Assembly (NCBI GenBank): GCA_035606955.1
Contig: DATNDO010000043.1
Span: forward strand, 16,080 to 80,079
Length of the DNA stretch: 64,000 nucleotides
From: Candidatus Angelobacter sp.
Lineage (GTDB): Bacteria; Acidobacteriota; Terriglobia; Acidiferrales; UBA7541
Direction of reading: 5' to 3'
In this document: positions 47,111 through 57,421 of the stretch, one piece after another
How the letters are laid out: each line of letters starts with the position of its first letter
Numbering within the stretch: position 1 is the first letter of the stretch
Translations under genes and position numbers: made by a program
Notes under the pieces: model-generated
What the model was told of the DNA's origin: nothing
The model's input: only the letters and a program-made list of their open reading frames with translations
The model's database searches: none

Positions 47111-48331
47111 TTATTCCACTCGCAATTCGGGCCGCGCACCGAAAAACTTAAAATAAAGCACCAGACTCACCCCAATTACCGCCGCGTAGGCATAGAAAGG
47201 CAGCGCAATATCGGAGACATCAAACATGTATCCGGTAAACGCGACGGCTCCACTTGAAGCCGTAAGCCGCGCCACTTGATTCATCGCCAGCGCGCGCCCC
47301 ATTTCATTCTCACGCACCATTGCCGTCAGCGCCGTCTGCTGTGCCGGGACCGCAATCACTCTCAGCGCGGGTGTGATTAAGTAAATCGCCAGTGCCAAAG
47401 CAAGAATCCGGGTCAGCGGCAGCAATAGCAGCAACAATGCTCCGAGTCCGCGCGTAACTGCTACGCCCTTGACGAAACCGAATTGCCGCTCAACCCGCGG
47501 CGCAATTAGAATGGCTCCAGCAGCCACTAATTCGCTTACGAATCCGTACACCGACATACGCTCTTTCGACACGTGGTACACAATGACGAAGAACGGAATC
47601 AGGAACGGCATTATCAATCCCTGCGAAATTCCGTTCACTGCTCCAGTCAAGGAGAATTTGCCAATCACCTTTCCGCTCTTCAGCCGCTTCCATTCGCCGC
47701 GCTGTTCCCGCAACTTCATCGGCAACAAGAACAAAACTCCCGCGGCGCTGGCTGCTGCCGCGACGAGAAATGCATTTCGCGCAGTGAACAGTCCTGCAAC
47801 CAGCAAGCCCGCAGCCCCCATCAGTCCGCTCAAGAACGTGAAAAGCGAAAAATAGAATGTGCGATTCCCGACCGCCGTCAAATCGGCGATTACCGCGTTC
47901 TGGATCGGCTGAGCCGCTCCGCCCACGCTCCCAGCCGCGCGCGAGCCCGTCGCGGAAAAACCGCCGAGTATCGCCGCGAGAAACAGGACCGGAAGCCTAC
48001 CGGAAGCGAAGGCCAGCAATGCCCCCGCCGGAAGAAGAATCCCGGCAAGCACCAGGGTTCCTTTGCGTCCCCAGAGATCAGTCAAGAATCCAAACAGCAA
48101 TGCGAATCCCGCCGTCCCCAATGTTGCGGCTGTGTAGAGCAAACCCAGCTCGAGTGCGCCGTAATGAAGAGACTGCAAGATGTAATACGGAAAAACGAGG
48201 ACGATGATTCCGGCCGAGAAACTCCTTGTGACGCGGAACAAGATCAACAGGAGCAATTGTTCGTAATTTTGGCTCACCCTCCAGTCTACCGGAAACGCGC
48301 TCCCGTACCGAACAGAGGAGTTTCCGAGCAA
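47111..48331 (-). CDS. MFS transporter
   Basis: 406 aa with about 12 TM segments. The DLWGRK motif lies between TM2 and TM3. Confidence 0.85.
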   Translation of the reverse strand: MLGNSSVRYGSAFPVDWRVSQNYEQLLLLILFRVTRSFSAGIIVLVFPYYILQSLHYGALELGLLYTAATLGTAGFALLFGFLTDLWGRKGTLVLAGILLPAGALLAFASGRLPVLFLAAILGGFSATGSRAAGSVGGAAQPIQNAVIADLTAVGNRTFYFSLFTFLSGLMGAAGLLVAGLFTARNAFLVAAAASAAGVLFLLPMKLREQRGEWKRLKSGKVIGKFSLTGAVNGISQGLIMPFLIPFFVIVYHVSKERMSVYGFVSELVAAGAILIAPRVERQFGFVKGVAVTRGLGALLLLLLPLTRILALALAIYLITPALRVIAVPAQQTALTAMVRENEMGRALAMNQVARLTASSGAVAFTGYMFDVSDIALPFYAYAAVIGVSLVLYFKFFGARPELRVE

Positions 48332-48659
48332 CAGGCTGGGGCAACGAGAGCGCGTAAAAACGCATCCAGTTGGCCTGGAGTCGTGGTCTACTAGGCCGGT
48401 ATGGATCGCGCATGCTCATTTACCGGGCATGCTTGAAATGCGCGACATAAGATGCGCGTTGACACGATGGAGCCATTTTGCTATTCAACCTGTTTGCTTT
48501 GTGCTCGGGCACCTCTTGAGCCTGCCGCACGCCGCGATTGACCTCACCTGGTCAATCTGGCCTCCCGCGAACGAGTATGCTGCTGAATCAACGGAGGATT
48601 GCTGTCTTGGTCTCGGATAAGATTAGGAAGCCGTTGCGTAAATTGAGTCAAAGGACAGA

Positions 48660-51272
48660 ATGAAGACCAGTCGCCAGCTCATGACCAAATTGATTTTTGC
48701 ATTGGTGGCTGCCGTCTGTTTGGCTGGCTGCGGCGGCGGACCCAGCGGACTCATCGTTGTCATCACTCCCGGCACAAACCAATCGGTCGACCAAAATCAA
48801 TCTGTAGCTTTCACCGCCTTCGTGGCCAACGACACGTCGAATGCCGGCGTCGCTTGGAGCCTCATGGGGGCGCACTGCGCTGCCGCAGCTTGCGGCACGC
48901 TGACGAACAGTACAACGAGTGGGGTCACCTACCTCGCGCCGAAATCAGTCGGCACGCTCTTGAATGTAACTCTCACAGCTACCGCCATAGCAAATACCAA
49001 GACCACTGCCACCTTGAATATTTCGGTTAGCCCCGTCCCAACCATCTCTACAACTTCCCTGCCCGGCGCTATTAATGGCCAAAACTACAGCCAGCAGATT
49101 ATCGCGAATGGCGGCGTGGCGCCTCTCTTCTTCAGTGTCACTTCAGGCAGCCTGCCGCCGGGATTCCACCTCGACACGAATGGGCTGGTCACGGGTCGAT
49201 CCACATCCAGCGGAGGCACTTTCAATTTCACTGTGCTCGCAACGGATCAGGGGAATCCGCCGCTGACCGCATCTCAGGCGTACACAATCATAATCGCGCC
49301 CGCGCCTCCTCTGTCAATCCTTACAACTTCTCTACCCAACGCTGCCCAAGGAAGCTCCTACAATCATCCTCTTACCGCTTCCGGCGGTGTGCCCGCGCTT
49401 ACTTGGGTGATTACCGGAGGGGGTTTGCCACCCGGACTCTCGTTGAACACAACTACCGGGCAAATTTCCGGCATACCTACAGTACAAGGCACATTTTCCT
49501 TTACTGTCAAAGTGACCGACTCGGCGCTTCTTCCGCCGAACCAACAACCGCAGACTGCCACACAGACTTTAAGCCTAACGGTCGGCGCGCCGGGATCTCT
49601 CTCAATTGCTACGACTTCGCTCCCGCAAGCAAACACGGCAACTCTTTATAGCCAGCAACTCCGCGTGAGTGGAGGCGTTGGTCCCTTCAATTGGAAACTA
49701 ACGGGCGGAATATTGCCATCAGGACTCGCTCTGAGCACATCAGGTGTAATCTCCGGAATACCCACTGCCGTTTCGGCAAACACCTTTTCGGTGCAGGTCA
49801 CCGATTCAGAACCCACGCCGCAGACCGCTTCGACCAGCTTGACCATTTCCATCATCAGTTCCGTCAACAACAACGCGCTGCTGAACGGCAACTACGTATT
49901 CATCTTCAGTGGGTTTAATTCTTCCGGCCCTGTCGTACTCGGCGGAACATTGTTCGCAAACGGAACGGGCAATATTTTCGGCTCGGAGGACAGCAACAAC
50001 AACAATCCTACTGGCTCAACTCAGAATAACGGCCCCGGACCCGTTCAGAACACTACTGTCGCGGGCAGCTATTCCATGGGCTCGGACGGCCGCGGCAGCT
50101 TTACGCTTAACTCGGCTTCCATTGTTTCCACCTACCAGTTCGTGCTCGACGCGAACGGCGACGCGCAATTAATCGAAGCAGACAGTACAGGGACTCACGG
50201 CACGGGCGTATTGCGAAAGCAGACCAATTCCAATTTCACGCCGCAAAACTTCAGCGGAAACTATGCCTTCGAATTGTCAGGAACCGACGCTTCCGGCAAA
50301 CGTGACGCCCTGGCCGGCGTTTTTAACGCCGACGGCGTCAGCCTTTTCAAGAATGGAAATATCGACACGAATTTCGCGGGCACACTGGGGACAAATCTGA
50401 ATGGTGTGACGGGCACGTTTCTTCTGGCTCAAAACGGCCGCGGTGCCGCATCCCTCGCGTTGCCGACTCCGACGACCCTAAGTTTCGTGTTCTACATGGT
50501 TACACCCTCCGACGCGTTGTTTATCGGCATGGACCCAATCAGCCCAACAAATCCCATGACCGTTGGAGAAGCCCTGCTGCAATCCCAACCGTCGTTCGAT
50601 AAGACTTCGCTCAACGGCTCGAGCATCGCCACGGCTTCCGGGCTCGCGAGCTCGGGTAACGCTACCGTTCTGGCTGGCCTTCTGACTGCGGACGGAAATA
50701 CGGGCATCAGTTCCACACTCGACACGAACGCTGGCGGCATTATCACTTCTAATGCAAGTGCCAGCGGTTCTTACTCTGTGGCTTCCAACGGACGCGTCAC
50801 GACCAGCGGTCTCAGCAACCAACTTGCGGTCTTGTACCTCATCGGAGCCAATCAAGCTTTCGTGATCGGCCAGGATTCGGCCGCCTCAGCCGGGATCGTC
50901 GAGCCACAAATAGGAGCGCCTTTCGATGCGACCTCCTTCACTAGCTACTTCACCTTTGGGCCGCCCTTGCCTCCCCCTTCGTTAACGTCTGACAAGTCAT
51001 CGAATAATTTCGTCGGTTCTCTTTTGGCCGATGGTGCTGGAACTCTCTCGGGAAAGTTGGACGAAGCTGGTCCGACTGGAATTCCCAGTTCAAATTTGGC
51101 TCTCAAGGCGACATACACCATCGGCGCGAATGGACGTGGCACCATCTCTGCAAGCTCTCCTCCGCTTCTGCCGCAGCTGTTCGTTCTCTACATAGTGTCG
51201 CCAACGGAAGTTCGAGTAATTTCTACGTCCGCCGCCGATACACATCCTCAAGTTTTCTTCTTCAACCACTGA
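48660..51272 (+). CDS. large repeat lipoprotein (three 'putative Ig' He_PIG-like repeats plus four copies of an unassigned module)
   Basis: 870 aa. Lipobox LAGC (Cys24). Repeats of the form TTSLPxAxxGxxYSQQLxxSGGVxPxxW...GxLPxGLxLxxxGxISGxPT. Confidence 0.75.
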   Translation: MKTSRQLMTKLIFALVAAVCLAGCGGGPSGLIVVITPGTNQSVDQNQSVAFTAFVANDTSNAGVAWSLMGAHCAAAACGTLTNSTTSGVTYLAPKSVGTLLNVTLTATAIANTKTTATLNISVSPVPTISTTSLPGAINGQNYSQQIIANGGVAPLFFSVTSGSLPPGFHLDTNGLVTGRSTSSGGTFNFTVLATDQGNPPLTASQAYTIIIAPAPPLSILTTSLPNAAQGSSYNHPLTASGGVPALTWVITGGGLPPGLSLNTTTGQISGIPTVQGTFSFTVKVTDSALLPPNQQPQTATQTLSLTVGAPGSLSIATTSLPQANTATLYSQQLRVSGGVGPFNWKLTGGILPSGLALSTSGVISGIPTAVSANTFSVQVTDSEPTPQTASTSLTISIISSVNNNALLNGNYVFIFSGFNSSGPVVLGGTLFANGTGNIFGSEDSNNNNPTGSTQNNGPGPVQNTTVAGSYSMGSDGRGSFTLNSASIVSTYQFVLDANGDAQLIEADSTGTHGTGVLRKQTNSNFTPQNFSGNYAFELSGTDASGKRDALAGVFNADGVSLFKNGNIDTNFAGTLGTNLNGVTGTFLLAQNGRGAASLALPTPTTLSFVFYMVTPSDALFIGMDPISPTNPMTVGEALLQSQPSFDKTSLNGSSIATASGLASSGNATVLAGLLTADGNTGISSTLDTNAGGIITSNASASGSYSVASNGRVTTSGLSNQLAVLYLIGANQAFVIGQDSAASAGIVEPQIGAPFDATSFTSYFTFGPPLPPPSLTSDKSSNNFVGSLLADGAGTLSGKLDEAGPTGIPSSNLALKATYTIGANGRGTISASSPPLLPQLFVLYIVSPTEVRVISTSAADTHPQVFFFNH
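49044..49859 (+). repeat. three tandem ~90-aa Ig-like coding repeats inside the lipoprotein gene
   Basis: Repeats span aa 129-219, 220-315 and 316-400. Each starts I(S/L/A)TTSLP and ends with a beta-rich TV/TI segment. Confidence 0.7.
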
Positions 51273-51378
51273 GTTGTCACCCGTTCGCTCACACAACAAT
51301 GCTGTTCTTGCGCTGCGCGCCGGAGGAATACCCATGCAAACTTGCATTCATATCAGACCCTCAAACCTTTGCAGCGCC

Positions 51379-52776
51379 ATGGCTCGTACGTCGATCTTAT
51401 GGCTTGCGGCTTTCATCCTTTTTGGAACGCTCACGCCTTGCGCAATTGCTCAAGCGTTGCCTTCAGCTCCTGTCTCGCGCTTGATTGATCTGACTCCTCA
51501 TCCTGGATTCTTCAACGAGCCCTCAATTGCCGTGAATCCAAATAATCCGCGTCAGATTGTCGCGGCCTATCAGGTCGGCGCGACCGCGGCCTTTTCCACC
51601 GATTCTGGAGAGCATTGGGCATTGGCTTCCGCAACGGCGCCGAAAAATCACGCGGTTTCGGGCGACGTCTCAGTCACCTTCGACAACAAAGGCCACGCAT
51701 TTCTCTGCTACATCGCCTTTGACAAACTGGGCACGGAGAATTACTGGGCGCACAACGCAACGCGCAACGGCATCTTCGTGCGGCGCTCGAATGACGGCGG
51801 CAAGACTTGGAACTCGGAAGCCTCCACCGTCATCTCGCATCCCACCGAACCGGGCATTCCTTTTGAAGACAAGCCCTACATCGTCGCGGACACCAACCCA
51901 AAAAGTCCACATGCCGGGAACCTCTACGTTGGCTGGACACAATTTACGCTAACGAAATCGACGATTTTATTTTCGCGCTCCACCGACGATGGCAACACGT
52001 GGTCGGCTCCTATTGAAATCAGCTCTCACGAAGGTCTCCCGCGTGACGACAATGGCGCGGTCGAGGGATTCAACGGCGCCATCGCGCCAGACGGAACCCT
52101 CTACGTCGTCTGGGCCGACGGTGACAATATCGCGTTTACCTATTCGAGAGACGGCGGCGAAACATTCGCCCCTTCGAAGGAAGTCCTCGACGTTGCCCCT
52201 CTATATTTCAAAGTTTCCAGCGTGGATCGTGCCAACGGCTTTCCGCAGATTTCCCTCGACCCAAAAACGGGACGCCTCTTCGTTTCCTGGAGCGATTATC
52301 GTAATGGCGACGTGGATATTTTTGTCTCGACTTCGGAAAACAGCGGAGCATCTTGGTCTCCCGCGGTTCGCGTGAATTCGGATCCGATTCACAACGGCTC
52401 TGACCAATTTTTCCAGTGGCTATCAGTGGACCCGAAAACGGGCGCGGCCTACGTCGTCTTTTACGACCGGCGCGCCGACCCTAAAAATAAGAACACGACT
52501 GTCGTGCTTGCCCGCTCGACTGACGGTGGCCTCACCTTCCAAAACTACGCATGGACACGCGAACCCTTTGAATCACGCGACGATTTCATCGGCGATTACA
52601 CGGGCCTCGCCGCATTCAACGGGCATGTCTACGGAATCTGGGCGGAAGAAACGGGGTCAGCATCAAGTGCAAATGTAAGAACTCGCAGTCGGAAGTCGCA
52701 AGCTCCGCCGGAAGCAATCGACAATCATCGAACGATTGTCCGCGTTGGCATCGCCGACTTTGGCAAATCAAACTGA
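51379..52776 (+). CDS. secreted BNR/Asp-box repeat beta-propeller (sialidase-like fold)
   Basis: Six Asp-box motifs: STDSGEHW, SNDGGKTW, STDDGNTW, SRDGGETF, SENSGASW and STDGGLTF. The signal peptide starts at ATG 51379; ATG 51334 is also possible. Confidence 0.75.
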   Translation: MARTSILWLAAFILFGTLTPCAIAQALPSAPVSRLIDLTPHPGFFNEPSIAVNPNNPRQIVAAYQVGATAAFSTDSGEHWALASATAPKNHAVSGDVSVTFDNKGHAFLCYIAFDKLGTENYWAHNATRNGIFVRRSNDGGKTWNSEASTVISHPTEPGIPFEDKPYIVADTNPKSPHAGNLYVGWTQFTLTKSTILFSRSTDDGNTWSAPIEISSHEGLPRDDNGAVEGFNGAIAPDGTLYVVWADGDNIAFTYSRDGGETFAPSKEVLDVAPLYFKVSSVDRANGFPQISLDPKTGRLFVSWSDYRNGDVDIFVSTSENSGASWSPAVRVNSDPIHNGSDQFFQWLSVDPKTGAAYVVFYDRRADPKNKNTTVVLARSTDGGLTFQNYAWTREPFESRDDFIGDYTGLAAFNGHVYGIWAEETGSASSANVRTRSRKSQAPPEAIDNHRTIVRVGIADFGKSN

Positions 52777-52782
52777 CGCGCC

Positions 52783-54717
52783 CTAGGTGACGCCCGGCGC
52801 ATCCGCAAAGCTGCGGCTCAGTTCACGGTAGATCAGCCACGCCGCCACAATCGCCAGCAGAGTCAGGAACGTTCCAGAGCCCCAGTGGCGCAAAAGCAAT
52901 TTCCCAACGCCAAATAGCGCCCCATACGTCATCGCGCAGCCAAGAATCCAGCACCATAAATTGCGCGCCAGGCCGTGCGTCTGTGGAATTTCGGGAGCTC
53001 GCGCGGCGATTGGCCGCCATCCCGTTATTTGCGGCCGCACCTTGCGATAGAACGCCAGCAACTTCGCATCGGGTTCAGGCTTGGTCAGCAACGTCACGAT
53101 GATCCATACAAACGAAGTCGCCAGCGTCGCCGTCAACGCCGTCTTTGCAAAAACCACGGAGCTCGAGCCCACGAAAAGCTCCGGCCTGTGCACCAACCAC
53201 TGCGACAATCGCTCTGAGCGCACTCCCAGCACTACAACCAGCGAAGTCGCCATCGCTGAAATTTCGCTCCACGCATTGATTCGCCACCAATACCACCGCA
53301 GCAAATAAACGCTGCCAGTCCCCGCGCCAAGCTCCAGCACGTCCTGCCAGCCGGAGAGAATCGAAGCCAAATGCGCCGAGACGTATCCCGTCACAACAAC
53401 CAGAAGCAGCGTCACAACGCGCGAAACATACACATAGTGACGCTCGCTTCCGTTACGTTTGATGAATCGCCGGTAACCATCTTCCACCAGATACGACGTG
53501 CCCCAGTTCAACTGCGTCGCAATCGTCGACATGAACGCAGCCAGAAACCCCGCCAGAATAATTCCGCGCAGCGCGTGCGGCACATGGTTTGTGACGATCA
53601 GCATGTAACTCGTCTCGGGATGCGTCAGCCCCGGATACAGCACAATCGCGGCAAGCGCCGTGAAAATCCATGGCCATGGGCGCACCGCGTACTGCGCGAT
53701 GTTGAACCACAAAACGGAATACAGTCCCTCGCGCTCGTTGCGCGCGCTGAAAATCCGCTGCGCGATGTATCCGCCCCCGCCGGGCTCCGCGCCCGGATAC
53801 CAGAACGCCCACCACTGAATTCCCAGATAAACCACGAAAGTAATCACAGGCAATGTCCACAGCGCTTCGCTGGAAAAACCGCGCGAGAAATCCGGGAAAA
53901 ACGCCAGAGGGTCCGAGCCGCCGTTCACTGCGCGCATCGCTTCGATTTTTGCGGTCATGGGACCCACGCCGCCCGCCGCAATCACGCCGTAATACGCCAC
54001 CACGATCACGATTCCCATTTTCAGCACGAACTGGAACAAATCCGTCCACAGCACGCCCCACAATCCTCCCAACGAAACGTAAATCCCCGTGAACGGAATC
54101 AGAAAGAAAATGCAGATTGCCAGCGCTTGCCCGTTCGTGCCTGCAAACGCTGGACCAAAAATTTGACTCAGCCAGTTCACGAATCCTGTGAACACCGGCC
54201 ACCCCTGCATCGTTGGCCCCATCGTCGTGCCAATGATCAGGATCATTGCTTTCGTCACCCAGCCGAGGATCAGGCAATTCATCAACAGGCCAAGATAGAT
54301 CGCGCGGAATCCCCGCAGAAACGCCGCCGGCTTTCCCGCGTATCGCATCTCCGCAAATTGCACGTCGGTCATCAGTCCTGAGCGTCGCCACAGTTTTGCG
54401 AACAGAAACACGGTCATCATTCCGGAAAGCAAAAATGCCCACCAGATCCAGTTCCCCGCAATTCCCTGCGTGTAGACGATTCCAGCGACGAGCAATGGCG
54501 TGTCCGCGGAAAATGTTGTCGCCACCATCGACGTTCCCGCCAGCCACCACGACACTCTGCGCCCTGATACGAAGTAATCTTCGGTGCTTTTCCCCGAGCG
54601 CCGCCGAAAATAGAGTCCCAAGAGAAGGGTTATCGCCAGGTAACCGAGAATTGCGGTCCAGTCGAGCGGTGTGAATGTCACGCGCGCATCATTCTCCGGC
54701 CAAATAACAGCCATCAC
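52783..54717 (-). CDS. sodium:solute symporter family (SSF) transporter
   Basis: 644 aa with 13 or more TM segments. It is the last gene of the hydroxyproline cluster. Confidence 0.85.
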   Translation of the reverse strand: MMAVIWPENDARVTFTPLDWTAILGYLAITLLLGLYFRRRSGKSTEDYFVSGRRVSWWLAGTSMVATTFSADTPLLVAGIVYTQGIAGNWIWWAFLLSGMMTVFLFAKLWRRSGLMTDVQFAEMRYAGKPAAFLRGFRAIYLGLLMNCLILGWVTKAMILIIGTTMGPTMQGWPVFTGFVNWLSQIFGPAFAGTNGQALAICIFFLIPFTGIYVSLGGLWGVLWTDLFQFVLKMGIVIVVAYYGVIAAGGVGPMTAKIEAMRAVNGGSDPLAFFPDFSRGFSSEALWTLPVITFVVYLGIQWWAFWYPGAEPGGGGYIAQRIFSARNEREGLYSVLWFNIAQYAVRPWPWIFTALAAIVLYPGLTHPETSYMLIVTNHVPHALRGIILAGFLAAFMSTIATQLNWGTSYLVEDGYRRFIKRNGSERHYVYVSRVVTLLLVVVTGYVSAHLASILSGWQDVLELGAGTGSVYLLRWYWWRINAWSEISAMATSLVVVLGVRSERLSQWLVHRPELFVGSSSVVFAKTALTATLATSFVWIIVTLLTKPEPDAKLLAFYRKVRPQITGWRPIAARAPEIPQTHGLARNLWCWILGCAMTYGALFGVGKLLLRHWGSGTFLTLLAIVAAWLIYRELSRSFADAPGVT

Positions 54718-54826
54718 GATAAATCAGTGCCGGAAATGTATCAGGTTTCTTAATGCGTCGCTAAGGATTTGACTGTAGCGTGAAAAAACGTGGCATCTAA
54801 GCGAGCAGATTTGCTCAAGCGCACCG

Positions 54827-56446
54827 TTAAGCCGATCTTACTTCCGCCGTCGCGGCCAACTTGTCACGAGTCATCTGTCCATCGACGAGTCGCCAAATTC
54901 CCATCGGGTTTTCGTTCTTCAGCTCATCGGGAAGCGCTATATTGGGGAAATCCTGATAACAAACAGGCCGCGCGAAGCGATAAATCGCTTGCGTCCCCAC
55001 CGAAGTCGAACGCCCATCGGACGTCGCCGGGTAGGGTCCTCCATGCACCATCGCATGGCAAACTTCCACGCCGGTTGGATAGCCGTTGAAAATCAATCTT
55101 CCAACCTTGGTCTGAAGTATCGCGACCAGGTCCGCAAACTCGCGTAGGTCATCCTCGGTGCCGTGCAGCGTAGCCGTCAAATGTCCTTCCAGTCCTCGCG
55201 CAATTGCCAGGAGTTCATCACGGGAATTCTGGCGGACGATCAATGTCGAAGGTCCGAAAATCTCGGACTGCAGGTTTTCATTCTCGATAAACGCAGGCGC
55301 ATCCGTTTCGAAAAGCGCTGTACCCACCCGAAAACCACTTGCTGCCGCCTCCTCGCCAGCGCGCGGCCCCTGACGGACTTTCTCTTCGCGGCTCCTGGCC
55401 TCGACCCCGGTGCGATAGGCTTCATGGATTCTCGACGTCAGCAGAGTGAACTCGCCGCTCGCCTTCATCAACTCGCGCAGACTCGTCGCAAATTCTCGTG
55501 CGGATGCGTCATCCCCAACCACCACAACTCCAGGCTTCGTGCAGAACTGTCCAGCCCCCAGTGTCACCGAGGCGTGCACTCCCTTCGCGATTTCGGCGCC
55601 TCTTTCCTTCATCGCTCCGGGGAGAATGAAAACGGGATTTGTGCTGCTCATTTCGGCAAACACCGGAATCGGCTCCGGGCGCGCGGTCGCCGCGTCCATC
55701 AGCGCGCGTCCTCCGTTTCTTGATCCTGTGAATCCCACTGCCTTGATCGCGGCGTGATTGACGAGTGCCAAACCCACTTCTGTTCCCGCATCGAACAGCA
55801 GTGAAAAAATCCCTTCAGGCAAGCCCGATTCTTTCACCGCGCGTTGAATCGCCTGCCCGACCATCTCCGCCGTGCCCGGATGCGCTGCGTGCGCCCGCAC
55901 TACCACGGGACTCCCAGCGGCGAGCGCCGACGCTGTATCGCCTCCGGCCACCGAAAACGCAATCGGAAAATTGCTCGCGCAAAAAACCGCTACCGGTCCG
56001 AGCGCTCTCCACAACGAACGTATATCCGGCTTGGGCGCAGGCTTGCGCCCAGGATCTCCGCGGTCAATTCGCGCGCCTACCCACGATCCTTCTTCCACCA
56101 CTTCCGCGAAAAGCCGAAGCTGAAAACAGGTTCGCGCCGTTTCATTCTTGATTCTTGCTGGCGGCAGCGCTGTTTCCTGCACGGCTCGCGTGACCAAATC
56201 ATCGCCCAGGCCCTCGATTTGCTCCGCAATCTTTCTCAGCAGCGCGCCTTTCGTCTTTCCGGATGCGCCGCTGTACACAGGGAACGCGCTCGCCGCCATT
56301 CGCGCAGCGGAGTCCGTCTCTTTCGCACCAGCGGAATAATAATTCGGCTCAAGCTCCTGTCCCGTGGCGGGATTTATCGCGTGGAATATCTTGCCGCCCG
56401 TCTTGCCTAATTCACTCCCGAGGATCGATCTGCCAGTTAATCCCAT
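54827..56446 (-). CDS. NADP-dependent aldehyde dehydrogenase, alpha-ketoglutarate semialdehyde dehydrogenase-like
   Basis: 539 aa. ALDH fold with catalytic GQFCTKPG. Its length and context match KGSADH of hydroxyproline and sugar-acid pathways. Confidence 0.75.
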   Translation of the reverse strand: MGLTGRSILGSELGKTGGKIFHAINPATGQELEPNYYSAGAKETDSAARMAASAFPVYSGASGKTKGALLRKIAEQIEGLGDDLVTRAVQETALPPARIKNETARTCFQLRLFAEVVEEGSWVGARIDRGDPGRKPAPKPDIRSLWRALGPVAVFCASNFPIAFSVAGGDTASALAAGSPVVVRAHAAHPGTAEMVGQAIQRAVKESGLPEGIFSLLFDAGTEVGLALVNHAAIKAVGFTGSRNGGRALMDAATARPEPIPVFAEMSSTNPVFILPGAMKERGAEIAKGVHASVTLGAGQFCTKPGVVVVGDDASAREFATSLRELMKASGEFTLLTSRIHEAYRTGVEARSREEKVRQGPRAGEEAAASGFRVGTALFETDAPAFIENENLQSEIFGPSTLIVRQNSRDELLAIARGLEGHLTATLHGTEDDLREFADLVAILQTKVGRLIFNGYPTGVEVCHAMVHGGPYPATSDGRSTSVGTQAIYRFARPVCYQDFPNIALPDELKNENPMGIWRLVDGQMTRDKLAATAEVRSA

Positions 56447-56475
56447 TGCAAAGCTCCTCTTTCCGGAAAGTCAAT

Positions 56476-57396
56476 CTACGCTCGAGTCGTTTCCCGCTCG
56501 GCATTCCGTCCGGGCCGTGTCTTCAGGGCCGCTCGGATAATCATCCTCGCCTCGTCCAATTCCTTGCCCTCCAACTCCATCCTCGGCGGACGCACTCGCG
56601 CATTACCCATTCCAGCTTCCTGCTGCACCAGTTTGATCAGTTGCACGAACTTCGGAACCGTGTCCATCCGCAAAAGCGGTAGAAACCATTTGTAAATTGC
56701 AGAAGCCTCGTCGATTTTCCCTTCGGCCGCAAAGCGAAACAAGTCCACGGACTCTTCTGGTAGCGCATTGACGAGTCCCGCAATCCACCCCACCGCTCCC
56801 GCTTGCACGCCTTCGACAATCGCATCATCGACGCCCATAAAAATCGCCAGCCGGTCTCCCAGCAGCGCGCGAATCGCCGTTACGCGCCGCACGTCGGTGC
56901 TTGATTCCTTTACGGACTCCAGATTCTTGTGTTCATTCGCCAGTTCGGCGATTTGCTCCGGCAAAAAATCCGTCCCGTACGACACGGGATTGTTGTAAAG
57001 CATGCATGGCAGTTTTGTCGCGCGCATCACCGCTACTACGTGCGATTTCATTTCCCGCCAGTCCCCGCGATAAACGTACGGCGGCAAAATCATCACGCCA
57101 GCGCATCCCTTGTCCGCTGCCGCCTTCGCCAATTCCACCGCTTCCGTGGTCCGCAGGGAAGATATCGCCGCTACGACAGGCACTTTCTTGCCTACGGACT
57201 GCACGCAAGTTTCGATCACTGCGACCTTCTCTACATATTCGAGCGTCGCGCCCTCTCCCAGCGACCCCAATGGCACGATTCCCGTGCATCCGTGTTCCAC
57301 CAGCCAGCGGCAATGGTTCGCAACAAAATCGTGATCTATCTTGTAGTCGCGGTCAAAGCACGTCGTAATTGCCGGCATCACCCCTGTCCAGTTCAT
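56476..57396 (-). CDS. DapA/dihydrodipicolinate-synthase-family lyase, likely pyrroline-4-hydroxy-2-carboxylate deaminase
   Basis: 306 aa class I aldolase fold (GIVPLGSLGEG, YNNP). The functional call comes from gene context. Confidence 0.75.
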   Translation of the reverse strand: MNWTGVMPAITTCFDRDYKIDHDFVANHCRWLVEHGCTGIVPLGSLGEGATLEYVEKVAVIETCVQSVGKKVPVVAAISSLRTTEAVELAKAAADKGCAGVMILPPYVYRGDWREMKSHVVAVMRATKLPCMLYNNPVSYGTDFLPEQIAELANEHKNLESVKESSTDVRRVTAIRALLGDRLAIFMGVDDAIVEGVQAGAVGWIAGLVNALPEESVDLFRFAAEGKIDEASAIYKWFLPLLRMDTVPKFVQLIKLVQQEAGMGNARVRPPRMELEGKELDEARMIIRAALKTRPGRNAERETTRA

Positions 57397-57421
57397 TGGT
57401 GCTCCTTATGTATTAGCAAAT

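Noticed and set aside
47573-48394. 273-aa plus-strand ORF
   Set aside because: It is antisense to the MFS transporter and has a low-complexity basic composition.
49044-49859. Tandem DNA repeats considered as CRISPR or VNTR
   Set aside because: The units are about 270-290 nt, lie in frame inside a long ORF and are diverged at the DNA level. They are protein domain repeats, not a spacer-repeat array.
53371-54550. 336-aa plus-strand and 365-aa minus-strand ORFs inside the SSF transporter locus
   Set aside because: Both are alternative-frame shadows of the 644-aa transporter. They are Arg/His-rich with no TM pattern.
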